From the NCBI GenBank assembly GCA_965222075.1, contig OZ244937.1, positions 4,128,001 through 4,192,000 of the forward strand: 64,000 nucleotides of DNA, written 5' to 3'. The notes under the pieces are model-generated. The model did no database searches. It saw only the letters and a program-made list of their open reading frames with translations, and was not told the origin of the DNA. Within the stretch, counting starts at the first letter, position 1, and each line of letters begins with the position of its first letter. Below are positions 20,373 through 30,681 of this stretch, one piece after another. This DNA is from Candidatus Latescibacterota bacterium. GTDB taxonomy: Bacteria > Latescibacterota > UBA2968 > GCA-2709665. Made by a program: the position numbers and the translations under genes.

Positions 20373-21425
20373 ATGTCTCAAGCCGACCGTTTTCTCCGCG
20401 CCTGCCGCCGGGAACCGGTAGACAGGACGCCGGTATGGCTGATGCGCCAGGCCGGCCGGTATATGCCGGAATACCGGGCGCTGCGAGAGAAGTACAGTAT
20501 TCTGGAGATGATCAAAACGCCGGATCTGGCGATGCAGGTTACGCTGCAGCCCATCCGGGCTTTCAATCTGGATGCTGCGATTATTTTTGCCGATATTTTG
20601 CCGGTGCTGGAACCGATGGGGCTTCAGCTTGAGTTTGTAAAGGGAGAGGGGCCCGTGATCCACAATCCAGTGCGCACCCCCGCCGATGTGGACGCGCTTG
20701 CCACGCCTCCGGCGGCGGAGGGCCTGCACTTTACCCTCCAGGCGATCCGGCAGGTCCGGGAGGCCCTGGCGGGAACGGCGCCCCTGATCGGTTTTTCCGG
20801 GGCGCCGTTTACCCTGGTCAGCTATGCGATGGAGGGAGGCGCTTCGCGAAATTATACAGTGGCCAAAGGGTTTATGTACGAGCAGCCGTCGGCCTGGCAC
20901 GGTCTGATGGAGAAGATGTCGCGGGTTGTGGGAAACTATTTGCAGGCGCAGGCGAGGGCCGGGGCGCAGGCCCTGCAGCTGTTCGACAGCTGGGTGGGGG
21001 CGCTGAGTCCTGCGGATTACCGGGAATACGTGCTGCCGCATTCCAAACGGGCGATTGAGATTGCGAAACAGGAGACGGATGCGCCCCTGATCCACTTCGG
21101 CACCGGCACTTCGGGCATGCTGCCCCTGATCAAAGAGGCGGGGGGCGATGTGATCGGGGTGGACTGGCGGATCGATCTGGCCGAGGCCCGGTCGCGGCTG
21201 GGGGAAGATGTGGCGGTTCAGGGCAATCTGGACCCGGTGGTGCTTTTCGCCCCTGTGCCGGAGATAAGGCAGCAGGCCGCGCGTATTTTAGACGGTGTTG
21301 CAGGGAAGCCGGGCCACATTTTCAACCTGGGGCACGGGATTCTTCAGCATACCCCTGTCGCGCATGTTGCGGCTCTGGTCGATTTTGTCCACGAATACAC
21401 AGGATCGGATTCGAATGGCGAGTAG
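20373..21425 (+). CDS. hemE: Uroporphyrinogen decarboxylase
   Basis: PVWLMRQAGRYMPEY, QGNLDP and IFNLGHG motifs. Confidence 0.95.
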   Translation: MSQADRFLRACRREPVDRTPVWLMRQAGRYMPEYRALREKYSILEMIKTPDLAMQVTLQPIRAFNLDAAIIFADILPVLEPMGLQLEFVKGEGPVIHNPVRTPADVDALATPPAAEGLHFTLQAIRQVREALAGTAPLIGFSGAPFTLVSYAMEGGASRNYTVAKGFMYEQPSAWHGLMEKMSRVVGNYLQAQARAGAQALQLFDSWVGALSPADYREYVLPHSKRAIEIAKQETDAPLIHFGTGTSGMLPLIKEAGGDVIGVDWRIDLAEARSRLGEDVAVQGNLDPVVLFAPVPEIRQQAARILDGVAGKPGHIFNLGHGILQHTPVAHVAALVDFVHEYTGSDSNGE

Positions 21426-22347
21426 AGCGGTTCTGATGCTTGCGTACGGCAGTCCGGACGCTTTGGACGATATGGAAGCCTATCTGAACGATATCCGGGG
21501 CGGGCGCCCGATGTCCGAGGAATTCGTGGCAGAGTTCCGGGGGCGGTACGCGCAGATTGGGGGCCGGTCTCCGTTGAGTGAACGTACGGTTGAGCAGGCG
21601 AAGGCTACGGAGGCGGTGTTGCGCGCTCGCGGCCACGATCTGCCCGTTTACGTGGGGATGCGGCACTGGACGCCCTGGATCAAAGATGTGGTTGCTCAGA
21701 TGCACGCAGACGGCGTTGAAGAAGTGGTTGCGATTGTGATGGCGCCGCATTATTCTAAGATGAGCATCGGGCGGTACTGGGAAAAGGTGGGTGAAGCCCG
21801 GCAGGCCGCCGGCAGCAGCATCCGGTTTGCTTTTGTGGATTCCTGGTGCTGGCAGCCCAAATTGCTAAAGGTCCAGGAGGCGTTCGTTCGGGCCGGGCTG
21901 GAGAAATTTTCAGGTGAGGCGCGCAAGAAGGTGAAGGTCGTGTTTTCCGCGCACAGCCTGCCCGCCCGGCTTTTGAAGGTGGGCGATCCATACGACGATG
22001 AACTCAAGGGCAATGCAAAGACGCTGGCCAAGCGGCTGGGGGATGTGGACTGGACCTTTTCCTACCAGAGCGCGGCCCATACCGGAGAGCCCTGGCTGGG
22101 GCCTCAGATCGAAGATGTGATCGTGGACCTGGCCGGTGAGGGATACCGGAACGTGCTGGTGGCGCCGATCGGATTTGTGTGCGACCATGTGGAGATTCTG
22201 TACGATATCGATATCGGCGTTCAGAAGATTGCAAAAAAACAGGGCGTTCGAGTGGAACGAATCGAGTCGATGAACAGCAATCCGGTGTTTGTTGAGGCGG
22301 TGGCGGATGCGGTGGAAGAGAAGCTGAATGAAGGGATGGGGGGTTGA
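21415..22347 (+). CDS. hemH: Ferrochelatase
   Basis: AYGSP, FSAHSLP, WLGP and [14 protein letters not shown] motifs; last codons come from the 134-bp repeat. Confidence 0.9.
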   Translation: MASRAVLMLAYGSPDALDDMEAYLNDIRGGRPMSEEFVAEFRGRYAQIGGRSPLSERTVEQAKATEAVLRARGHDLPVYVGMRHWTPWIKDVVAQMHADGVEEVVAIVMAPHYSKMSIGRYWEKVGEARQAAGSSIRFAFVDSWCWQPKLLKVQEAFVRAGLEKFSGEARKKVKVVFSAHSLPARLLKVGDPYDDELKGNAKTLAKRLGDVDWTFSYQSAAHTGEPWLGPQIEDVIVDLAGEGYRNVLVAPIGFVCDHVEILYDIDIGVQKIAKKQGVRVERIESMNSNPVFVEAVADAVEEKLNEGMGG

Positions 22348-22455
22348 AAAAAATCGCGAATCCGGCCCTGTGGCAGTCCCCGGCCCTGTGCTCCGGGTGC
22401 CTGCGGTGCAGGGCCTGAACGCATGGTGCCCCCGAGATAACGGTTGTAGACATGG
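22322..22455 (+). repeat. 134-bp dispersed repeat, copy 2
   Basis: Near-identical to 13208-13341. Confidence 0.9.
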
Positions 22456-22468
22456 CGGATTTTTTCAG

Positions 22469-23872
22469 ATGCACGTGACGATTGTCGGCGGCGGGATCGC
22501 CGGGCTGGCGACGGCTTATTATCTGCAGGAGAAGAGTCGGGAAGCGGGCGAGGCGGTTGCATATACGTTGATTGAAAGCGATCCAGGGTTCGGGGGAAAG
22601 ATCGTGACCGAATCTGTGGAGGGGTTTACAATTGAGGGCGGGCCGGACCTGATTCTGACGCAAAAACCCTGGGGGGTTCAGCTGTGTCGCGATCTGGGGC
22701 TGGGCGATCGGTTGATTTCCACCAACCACGACCGCCAGAAGACCTTTCTGGTGCAGGGTGGGCGACTGGTCGCTTTTCCCAGCGATTTTACACTGATTCC
22801 CACGCGGTTCATGCCCTTTGCCCGGTCGCCGCTGTTTTCCCTGCGGGGCAAGCTGAGGGTGGGAATGGACTGGTTCATTCCCGCCCGGAGGGAGACCAGC
22901 GACGAGAGCCTGGCGGATTTTATCCGCCGCCGGCTGGGACGGGAAGCGCTGGATAAGATCGGCGGGCCGATGCTGGCGGGGATTCACAGCGCAGATCCGG
23001 AACGGTTGAGCCTGTTGAGCACGTTCCCGAGATTCGCGGATATGGAACAGCAGCACGGGAGCCTGATCCGGGCGATGCGGGCGGCGAGAAAGGCCCGCTC
23101 GCCTTTGGGAGGGAATGCGAGACCCCCGGTGATGTTTATCAGTTTGGTGGGGGGGTTGGGGGAACTGGTGGATGCGATTACCGAACGGCTGGGCAGCGAT
23201 CTGCGCACGGGGCACCGGGTGACTGGCCTGCGGTTTCTGGATCCCGGGTTCGAGGTGGGGCTGGATGGAGAGGAGGGACAGACGCTGGGGACCGATGCGG
23301 TGGTGCTGGCTGTGCCGGCCTTTGCTGCCGCAGATCTGGTGGAACCGGTTTTACCCGATCTGGCGGTCCGGCTCAGGCAGATCCGGTACGTTTCGACCGG
23401 GACTGTTGCGCTGGCGTATCGGAAGGCAGACGTAGACCAGCAGCACGATCTGGACGGGTTCGGATTTCTGGTGCCCAAATCCGAGGGACGCCGGATTACG
23501 GGGTGTACCTGGATGTCTTCAAAGCTGAACCACCGGGCACCGGACGACGGCGTTCTGATCCGGGGATTTGTGGGCGGGGATGCCCAGGAGGAGGCGGTCG
23601 ATTTGCCCGACAGTGCGCTGTTGGACCTGGTTCGGAAGGAGATTGCCGAGTTGATGGGGATTACGGCCGAGCCGATTTTTCACCGGATTCACCGCTGGCG
23701 GCGAGGGCGCCCCCAGTACGATGTGGGGCACCTGGACCGGGTGGCGGAGATGGAGGCGCTTGCGGCAAAGACGCCTGGACTCTACCTGACCGGAAGCGCT
23801 TACCGGGGGGCGGGGATTCCAGACTGTGTGAAGCAGGCAATGGATACGGTGGACCGGATTCTGGAGGGATAA
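22469..23872 (+). CDS. hemG: Protoporphyrinogen/coproporphyrinogen oxidase (HemY type)
   Basis: GGGIAGL FAD motif, [19 protein letters not shown] and GIPDC. Confidence 0.9.
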   Translation: MHVTIVGGGIAGLATAYYLQEKSREAGEAVAYTLIESDPGFGGKIVTESVEGFTIEGGPDLILTQKPWGVQLCRDLGLGDRLISTNHDRQKTFLVQGGRLVAFPSDFTLIPTRFMPFARSPLFSLRGKLRVGMDWFIPARRETSDESLADFIRRRLGREALDKIGGPMLAGIHSADPERLSLLSTFPRFADMEQQHGSLIRAMRAARKARSPLGGNARPPVMFISLVGGLGELVDAITERLGSDLRTGHRVTGLRFLDPGFEVGLDGEEGQTLGTDAVVLAVPAFAAADLVEPVLPDLAVRLRQIRYVSTGTVALAYRKADVDQQHDLDGFGFLVPKSEGRRITGCTWMSSKLNHRAPDDGVLIRGFVGGDAQEEAVDLPDSALLDLVRKEIAELMGITAEPIFHRIHRWRRGRPQYDVGHLDRVAEMEALAAKTPGLYLTGSAYRGAGIPDCVKQAMDTVDRILEG

Positions 23873-23938
23873 AGCAGGGCGAACACGTACAGGAGGCAGG
23901 ACAGGAGATGATGAGCGCGGAGGCGTGATCTTCGCGCT

Positions 23939-25225
23939 TTATTTTTTGGGTTCGAGGATTTCGCAGCCGGCCATGTACGGGCGAAGCGCTTCGGGGACGA
24001 TCACGCTGCTGTCGGCCTGCTGACCCTGTTCAACGATGGCGGGGATCAGGCGGCTGGTTGCCAGCCCCGAGGCGTTGAGGGTGTGCACGAACTCGTTTTT
24101 GCCGGTCTCTGTGCGCTTGAAGCGGATGCTGCCCCTGCGCGCCTGGTAGCTGTGCGCGTTTGAGGCCGAGCTGACTTCCTTGTATTCGCCCATGCTGGGT
24201 ATCCAGACCTCGATGTCATAGGTCTTGGCCATGGAAGCGCTTACGTCTCTCGCGGCGAGTTTTGAGACCCGGTGGTGCAGGCCCAGGCCCCGGACCAGCC
24301 GTTCGGCTTTTGCGATGAGTTCCTCCAGCGCCACCTCGGAGTCTTCGGGACGGGTAAACTGAAAGATTTCGACCTTGTTGAACTGGTGGCCCCGGATCAT
24401 CCCACGCTCCTGGGTCCGGTAGCTGCCGGCTTCCTTTCGGTAACAGGGCGTATAGGCAAAGTATTTCTTGGGCAACTCCTCTTCGGGGATGATCTCGTCT
24501 CGGTGGAAGTTGATCAGCGCCGTTTCCGCAGTTGGAAGGAGGAACTGAAAGTCCTTTTCGTGCTCGGCCTTCAGGTGAAAGACGTCGTCCCCGAATTTTG
24601 GAAATTGTCCGGCCGCGTAGCCGCACTGGTAGGTCAGGATATGCGGCGGAAGGATGAACTCGTAGCCGTCTTTGAGGTGGTCTTCGATAAAATAGTTCAG
24701 GAGCGCCCATTCGAGACGGGCGCCGCTTCCCCGGTAGAGCCAGAAGCCGTTTCCGCCCATTTTCACGCCCCGCTCGTAGTCGATCAGTCTCAGCGATGTG
24801 ACGAGTTCAACGTGGTCTTTTGCCCAATCGCCCAGGTTGGGCTTTTCGTCCCAGACGCGGATGACTTCGTTGTTTTCTTTGTCGCCGGGGGGAATGTCGT
24901 CGGCAGGAATATTGGGCAGCTCTTCGAGGAAGGTTCTGATTTTCCGTTCGACTTCCAACAGGTCTGTTTCAAGGGTTTTGATGGTGCCGGAGACGGACTT
25001 CATCTCGTTTTGCACCTGGGTGGTGTCCCGACCGGCCTTTTTCATCTGCGGGATTTGTGCAGAGACTTTGTTCCGCTTTTCCCGAAGCCTTCCAATTTCG
25101 GCGATGCGTTCCCGCCGTTTCCGGTCCCACTGGAGCAGTGCGTCGAAGTCTACGGTATCCATACGTTTGAGCAACGCCTGCTTGACGCCTTCAGGATTTT
25201 TTCGAATCAGGTTCAGGTCTAGCAT
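23939..25225 (-). CDS. serS: Serine--tRNA ligase
   Basis: PTAET, YRKEAGS, RGHQFNKVE, EVSSAS and HTLNASGLA motifs. Confidence 0.95.
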   Translation of the reverse strand: MLDLNLIRKNPEGVKQALLKRMDTVDFDALLQWDRKRRERIAEIGRLREKRNKVSAQIPQMKKAGRDTTQVQNEMKSVSGTIKTLETDLLEVERKIRTFLEELPNIPADDIPPGDKENNEVIRVWDEKPNLGDWAKDHVELVTSLRLIDYERGVKMGGNGFWLYRGSGARLEWALLNYFIEDHLKDGYEFILPPHILTYQCGYAAGQFPKFGDDVFHLKAEHEKDFQFLLPTAETALINFHRDEIIPEEELPKKYFAYTPCYRKEAGSYRTQERGMIRGHQFNKVEIFQFTRPEDSEVALEELIAKAERLVRGLGLHHRVSKLAARDVSASMAKTYDIEVWIPSMGEYKEVSSASNAHSYQARRGSIRFKRTETGKNEFVHTLNASGLATSRLIPAIVEQGQQADSSVIVPEALRPYMAGCEILEPKK

Positions 25226-25425
25226 AAAAATACAGTCTCCTGTTTGAGGCGTTTCTCAATTCCGGCCCTGAGGAGGGCCATCTCCTTGCGCTCTTACCGA
25301 TTTCAAGCCGTTAAGAACGTACCAAAAAGAGTTCACAGTATTGTAAAAAATACTTCCACCTGTTACGAGAATCAAGATAAATTGTCCACCGAACCTGTAC
25401 AACAATCCGCATCGGCCCTGGGCCT

Positions 25426-27138
25426 TCAACGATAGGTGGCTTCTATCTCGCAGGCCTCCTTGCCTTCCCCGGGCGCCACCGGCGTCACCGTCTTTCCATA
25501 GCGCGTGACGGGCTTACACGAAATCGGCTCACCGTCCACCCTGACCTCTGCCAGCCTCCGATCTGCAAACTGGCCCGGGATAAGCCAGCGAAGATTTCCG
25601 TCGTCCGGTGCGCCCCCGGCCGTGAACCTCAGCGTATGATCTTTCCACGACATATTCTCCAAACGCCACCGGTCGCGCAGCAGCCAGAAATCGCACCACT
25701 GATCGTAGGACCAGATCGGAATGTCCCGTTCCACGGCCTTTTTCAACAGGACCAGACCCTGCTCCCTTGAGTATTTCACCCAGTTGCCCGGGTGCATGAT
25801 CACCCCATAGGGCATGTGGAAGCGCGTGGCGTTGTCGTCTAAGATGCGGTCCACCAGAACGCCGTACTGCGCCGGCGAATACCGGAACGATTTGGGAGCT
25901 GTCGGGTGGAACCACACATCGTCGGACAGGTGGGTGTGCTGCTGGATAACGTCGACCAGGCGCCCGTCGGGGTGGCAGAACCGCATCGGCATGGCCGCCC
26001 CTCTCAGGTGGTAGGGGCCGCTGCAGCGGTCCTGCATGTATGCCGAACACAGAAAGTTCGCATCCATCCGGATGCCCAGCCGCGCCTCCACTTCAACCAG
26101 GTCGAGGTATCCCGCCCAGGACAGACAGTGGTTGCGGACGCTCTTCGGCCTGAACCCGTACATTTCTTCAAAAAGCAGGAGCTGCCGCTCGAATTCCGCA
26201 ACCCGTTCCGGAATCGGCCGGCCGTCGAACGGCCGCAGATTCGGATGCGGGCCCACGTCGTGATCCTGGCGATAGCGCTGCACATCCCCGGCCGTCGAAT
26301 GGGTGTGGATAGGGATAATGTAGAGACTCATCCTCGCACCGGCCGCCGTCACCTCTCCAAACTCCTCTTCAACCCACGAAACCTCCGCCCCGTCCTCATC
26401 ACCGGAGTAGAGCACGATGGCCGAGGCCTCTCCGGGCAGGTGCCAGAGCATGGGCACCGGTGCGGGCACAAAGCGGCATACCAAGTCCACCAGCCACCGC
26501 GCCAGCAGGTCGGCAAAGGGCAGCAGGCCGCTGTCTGCCGGGCCCAGGTCAACCCCTATGGAATCCGCCCGGACATTGCCCCCCACCGCCCGCTCGGTCT
26601 GGTCGGGGTCGCCCTGGCGGAGGGTGAGCACGCAGCGGGGCAGATCGAACGCGAAGGCCACAACGCGCCCTTCTCCCACAGGGGTTTCAATTGCGCCCAC
26701 GGTCTCCCCCTCGAACGTGTCGGGGTGGTACAGGTAGGCCAGGCCCAACCCCGCTTCGGTCTGCACACCGTAGGCCCCCGCCTCCCCCACAACCGGAAGG
26801 TCCTCGCCTGAAAGCCCCGCCGCGGGGTACGCCGAAATGCGCAGACGCTGAGGCGTGGACTTCGGCCCCGCATAGACCAGGCCCGCTGCCTCCGCCAGCG
26901 CGCCGGTGGGCAGGAACGCGATCAGCGTACCGCCCCGCCGGGCAAAGCCGATCAGTGACTCGTTCGCCTCTGCATTCTGTTCCGACGCCGGACAGACCAG
27001 CACGGGAGTCGATGCCGGATCCAGCTCCTCCACCCGGTCCTGCCGGACCAGATCAAAGTGAGCAAGTCCCCACGTTTTGAAGACCTCAGCCACATAATCG
27101 GAGAGATCGGACGGATGTGTAAGAATACCGATTCTCAT
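25426..27138 (-). CDS. Hypothetical protein with a polysaccharide-deacetylase-like domain
   Basis: SGDED, GPHP and SVRNH motifs; ATGA overlap with the upstream gene. Confidence 0.5.
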   Translation of the reverse strand: MRIGILTHPSDLSDYVAEVFKTWGLAHFDLVRQDRVEELDPASTPVLVCPASEQNAEANESLIGFARRGGTLIAFLPTGALAEAAGLVYAGPKSTPQRLRISAYPAAGLSGEDLPVVGEAGAYGVQTEAGLGLAYLYHPDTFEGETVGAIETPVGEGRVVAFAFDLPRCVLTLRQGDPDQTERAVGGNVRADSIGVDLGPADSGLLPFADLLARWLVDLVCRFVPAPVPMLWHLPGEASAIVLYSGDEDGAEVSWVEEEFGEVTAAGARMSLYIIPIHTHSTAGDVQRYRQDHDVGPHPNLRPFDGRPIPERVAEFERQLLLFEEMYGFRPKSVRNHCLSWAGYLDLVEVEARLGIRMDANFLCSAYMQDRCSGPYHLRGAAMPMRFCHPDGRLVDVIQQHTHLSDDVWFHPTAPKSFRYSPAQYGVLVDRILDDNATRFHMPYGVIMHPGNWVKYSREQGLVLLKKAVERDIPIWSYDQWCDFWLLRDRWRLENMSWKDHTLRFTAGGAPDDGNLRWLIPGQFADRRLAEVRVDGEPISCKPVTRYGKTVTPVAPGEGKEACEIEATYR

Positions 27139-29078
27139 GGTAAACCCCTGTGCTGGAGGGTTAGGAAGGACCCCAGGCCGCCGGCCACGGTGAACCACCA
27201 CACACCATCGGGTGTCTGGGTCAGGCACGCCTTCGCTTGCCCCCGGGTGGTGCCAAGCTCAAAGACCCTCCCGGCAGCCGGATCGATCCGCACGAGCGTG
27301 GCGCCGGATATCGCCCACAGGCTGCCGTCTCTGCCGGCCCGCAGACTGTGCCTTGGCACACCCTGAAGCCCCACGCCCGGCACCGTGTCGAAGGCCCGTG
27401 TGCCCGCATCAAACCGCACGAGACCGTCTCCATCGGCCATATAGAGCTTGTCTCCGGCGAACGCCATCGGCCCGCCCGGCATTCGCTTACGAAACACGAT
27501 CTCCTCGACGTCCGGATCAAACACCAAGAACTCCCCGCCCCCGTACCCAAACAGGACATCGCCGTCGGTGGCGAACTCATTCACCGTCCCGCCGGGCACC
27601 CGGTTGCGGTAGACGCGCATCTGTTCGGTCTCCGGATCGATCAGGGTAAACGCCCCGCCGGACATGCCGTAGTTTGGCACCGTGCCAACAGCGAGCAGGC
27701 CTCGTGGCCCGGGATGAATGCCGCCCACGGGCCTGTATTGCCCGTGGCCGATCCGCCCGATCGTTCTCGGGTTACTGTCCGCTTCTTCTCCCGGGCTCCA
27801 CGGCCTTGCAGGGTCGAACACGGTGATTACCGCCCACGTGTAGCTCGCGGTGTAGAGCTTTCCCCCAAAGCTGCAGATGCCATAGACCTCGCCGCTTGTG
27901 TCGGTGACCTGCCCTGTGTTTACGCTTTCGCCGGATCGGGGATCGTACCAGAAGATGGTATTGCCGACTTCTGCGCTGCCGTAGACGAGACCGTCCTCAC
28001 CTCCGTACAGCGAGAAAATCCTGTGTGGCAGCGGCTCCGTAGCAGGCCGACGCCACCCGATGCGCCCGCCGTCCGCTGCGGCCACACCGTACTCCTGGCC
28101 CCAACCGGCGGCCAGCCTACCGCCATCGCTTGTGGCCAGGACCGTCATCTGATCGTGAGCTGCCTCAAGCTGGAAGCCGCCCGAAAGCGCCATTGAGGGA
28201 AGACTCACCTCCTGGAACCGTCCTCTTGCTACTTTCACAAACACGCGGCCGTCGGGCATCTCCACGAGATTGCTGGTGTCGCCGGAGTAGTCGGTGTACT
28301 CGGGCAAATTGAGCGCCTGTACGAATTTCCGGTGCTCCCCGTCGTACAGATGCACCTGGACTTCCTCTTTCTCGTGATCAAACCAGGAGAGCAGAACCCA
28401 CTTTCCACACGCCACCGGCCGGTTCCACAGCCCCGGCGCCTGGTACTGCTCCGGCGTCATGTTCACCAGGCTGCCATCTCCGGGGTCGTAGCACCACAGT
28501 CGGTCGAGGTCGCACGCCATAGCGATGAAGATCCGTCCACCGTATCCCGTCGTCAGGCAGTAGGGATACGCGTTTTCTGGATCAATCCGCTCTACCAGGA
28601 GCTCATGCTCACCGGTCTCCGGATCGTACCGCCACAGCTGCGCGCTGGTCGCCGAGGCGTAGTAAATGCACCCATCCTCACCCTCGGTCACGTCGCAGAT
28701 GATTTTAGCTCCATCCGAGGGCCGGGCCGCCACCGGCAGGTAGTCCCGTTGCGTGACATCAAACCGGACCAGTTCTGAACTGGCGAATCCGAGGCCAATC
28801 CACAAAGTGCCGTCGCGGGCGCGCCTGGCATGCCAGGCGCTTCCCGAAACCGGCAGGGGATACGGCGTCGTTTCGCCCGTCTCCAAGTCTATGACCATCA
28901 GCCGCCCGGCATTGTCCACCACAAGCAGAACCTCTCGCCCCAGGTTCCTGTCGGCGCAAAGCTGGGCTGTGGGCCAGTAGAACCGGAAGTTGCGACACAC
29001 GGGACCGTGGTCCCTGAAGACCCCATCCTCAACGGCTGTCACGTGAGCCTGTCCAGATGAACCTTCAGCAGCGCTCAA
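27135..29078 (-). CDS. Beta-propeller repeat protein
   Basis: Repeated W/F-x-Y-D-P blades; GAGGAGG RBS before a TTG start. Confidence 0.55.
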   Translation of the reverse strand: MSAAEGSSGQAHVTAVEDGVFRDHGPVCRNFRFYWPTAQLCADRNLGREVLLVVDNAGRLMVIDLETGETTPYPLPVSGSAWHARRARDGTLWIGLGFASSELVRFDVTQRDYLPVAARPSDGAKIICDVTEGEDGCIYYASATSAQLWRYDPETGEHELLVERIDPENAYPYCLTTGYGGRIFIAMACDLDRLWCYDPGDGSLVNMTPEQYQAPGLWNRPVACGKWVLLSWFDHEKEEVQVHLYDGEHRKFVQALNLPEYTDYSGDTSNLVEMPDGRVFVKVARGRFQEVSLPSMALSGGFQLEAAHDQMTVLATSDGGRLAAGWGQEYGVAAADGGRIGWRRPATEPLPHRIFSLYGGEDGLVYGSAEVGNTIFWYDPRSGESVNTGQVTDTSGEVYGICSFGGKLYTASYTWAVITVFDPARPWSPGEEADSNPRTIGRIGHGQYRPVGGIHPGPRGLLAVGTVPNYGMSGGAFTLIDPETEQMRVYRNRVPGGTVNEFATDGDVLFGYGGGEFLVFDPDVEEIVFRKRMPGGPMAFAGDKLYMADGDGLVRFDAGTRAFDTVPGVGLQGVPRHSLRAGRDGSLWAISGATLVRIDPAAGRVFELGTTRGQAKACLTQTPDGVWWFTVAGGLGSFLTLQHRGLP

Positions 29079-29099
29079 GTCAAATTCCTCCTCACCCCG

Positions 29100-30095
29100 T
29101 TAACTTTTGGTAACGGAGCCTACCCAGTTCAGCAGCTGCTCGACCATCTCCCGGGTCAACCCAACAGCTGGCTTGACGTCAACAAGCAGAGTCGGCACGG
29201 TCCTTCTACCTGCCCAGTCGAACGCCTCTTTGGTCATCGCGTCCTCTACCCAAGCGCAGATCCTGTCACCCACAAATAAGTCGATTGCTGGCACTTTCTC
29301 GGCAGGTTCGAACGGAGTCGGCGGAAAGGGAATCGTTGGCCACTCGGGAAGACCAAATAGTGGGGCGATCAAGCGGTTTGCCTCCCCCATCCATCCACTT
29401 GCCCATACCATGTCGAACTGGTCGCTCAACTCGTGCAACCACCGGCCGTGAGTGTCAGACAAGTAAACAGGATAGTCGTCTTCTGGGAACAACCAGTATG
29501 GATTGAAACCACTGGGAGGCCGAGCGAAACCGTAAGGATTGAGGACTCCATCAACATCGACCAGGAGCACCGGTCTTGTGGTCGCAGGCGATATCGGCAT
29601 TCGAAAGGTAGACAAGTCACGCCGGAAACGAATTTGTTGCCCTTCATCTCGAACCCCGCCATCACGGCTCCACCCCATGGCCTCGTAGAAAGTGATCCCT
29701 CGCTGGTAGCCTTCAACTGTCCACACTATCGCCTCATCGTAGCCGTCCACAACCAGATAACGTAAAGCGACCGACGCCAATGCCTTGCCAATACCTGACC
29801 GCCAGTACGACGGATCTACAGCGATAGTATCAAGTTCGCCGAGGTGAGCATCCACCGGGTCTCGGCTGGGTCCGATGCCGACAAACCCGACAATTGAACC
29901 CATACCCTCCGCAACCCACCAACGATGTGGGACAGGCTGAGCAAGATCATGTCGCCAGCGTTCAGTAAGGGCTGGCGTCACAGTTCTATCGGCCTGCGAT
30001 AGCAGTGCGCCAAATCCAGCATTCCACGAATCGACATAAATCCGCGCTACAATCTCGGCGTCAGCGGCCGTAGCTGATCGGATCGTTGGTGGTAA
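29100..30095 (-). CDS. GNAT acetyltransferase fused to a HAD domain; start missing or uncertain
   Basis: IRSAT..D and WRSGIGKAL in the GNAT part; LLVDVDGVL and WVED in the HAD part from ATG 29600. Confidence 0.6.
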   Translation of the reverse strand, partial: LPPTIRSATAADAEIVARIYVDSWNAGFGALLSQADRTVTPALTERWRHDLAQPVPHRWWVAEGMGSIVGFVGIGPSRDPVDAHLGELDTIAVDPSYWRSGIGKALASVALRYLVVDGYDEAIVWTVEGYQRGITFYEAMGWSRDGGVRDEGQQIRFRRDLSTFRMPISPATTRPVLLVDVDGVLNPYGFARPPSGFNPYWLFPEDDYPVYLSDTHGRWLHELSDQFDMVWASGWMGEANRLIAPLFGLPEWPTIPFPPTPFEPAEKVPAIDLFVGDRICAWVEDAMTKEAFDWAGRRTVPTLLVDVKPAVGLTREMVEQLLNWVGSVTKS

Positions 30096-30508
30096 TTCTC
30101 GTGTCCGGAGTAGATCCACATCGGTTCCGTTTTGCCGGCCCTGGCGAACCCGCACTTCTTGTAGAAGTCGATTGCCCTGCCGTCTGCAACAAGCATATGC
30201 TGATGGAAGCCTTCATAGTTTGACATCAGCCTCTTCATCAATTCCGATCCTATTCCTTGCCCCTGATATTCGGGATGCACCAGCAAGTGTGGATAATACA
30301 CAACAAGATGGCCATCAGAGATGGCATTACCCAGTCCGATCAGACGGTCTCCATCCCAAGCCGTCAGCAAAGAATGTGAGTTCAGTAACGCATTGCGAAG
30401 CTCAGTCGGCTTCCTTGCGGAAGACCAATCATTAGCTGAATAGAGTCTCAGTATGGCATCAAGTGGAATATCCCGTGTTTCACTGTATGTAATTGAGGAG
30501 CCACGCAT
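30047..30508 (-). CDS. GNAT family N-acetyltransferase
   Basis: LLVHPEYQGQGIG and FYKKCGF motifs. Confidence 0.85.
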   Translation of the reverse strand: MRGSSITYSETRDIPLDAILRLYSANDWSSARKPTELRNALLNSHSLLTAWDGDRLIGLGNAISDGHLVVYYPHLLVHPEYQGQGIGSELMKRLMSNYEGFHQHMLVADGRAIDFYKKCGFARAGKTEPMWIYSGHENYHQRSDQLRPLTPRL

Positions 30509-30607
30509 AATTTTCCCTGTTCCGCGATTGCGTTCTAAGGAAAGCCATTCTGCTCGCCCGAAAGGCGTTTCCACCACCTGCTCTTGGGGATTTTAGGCTG
30601 GCATTTC

Positions 30608-30681
30608 CTATAACGTTTTCGTGCCCCCGAACCGTGAAGCGGTTGGGCGAAGGGCCGCAGCCGCAGTCCGTCGTGTTATAC
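30608..30681 (-). repeat. attC site 1
   Basis: ctataac...gttatac; contains the stop codon of the upstream GNAT. Confidence 0.8.

Noticed and set aside
13208-22455. 134-bp repeat pair as a DGR template/variable repeat
   Set aside because: Only 3 mismatches, not all at adenines of the same copy; no reverse transcriptase in the window; copies are essentially intergenic.
22328-22468. N-terminal extension of HemG in the ORF track
   Set aside because: It is a translation of the 134-bp repeat; the FAD motif starts at ATG 22469.
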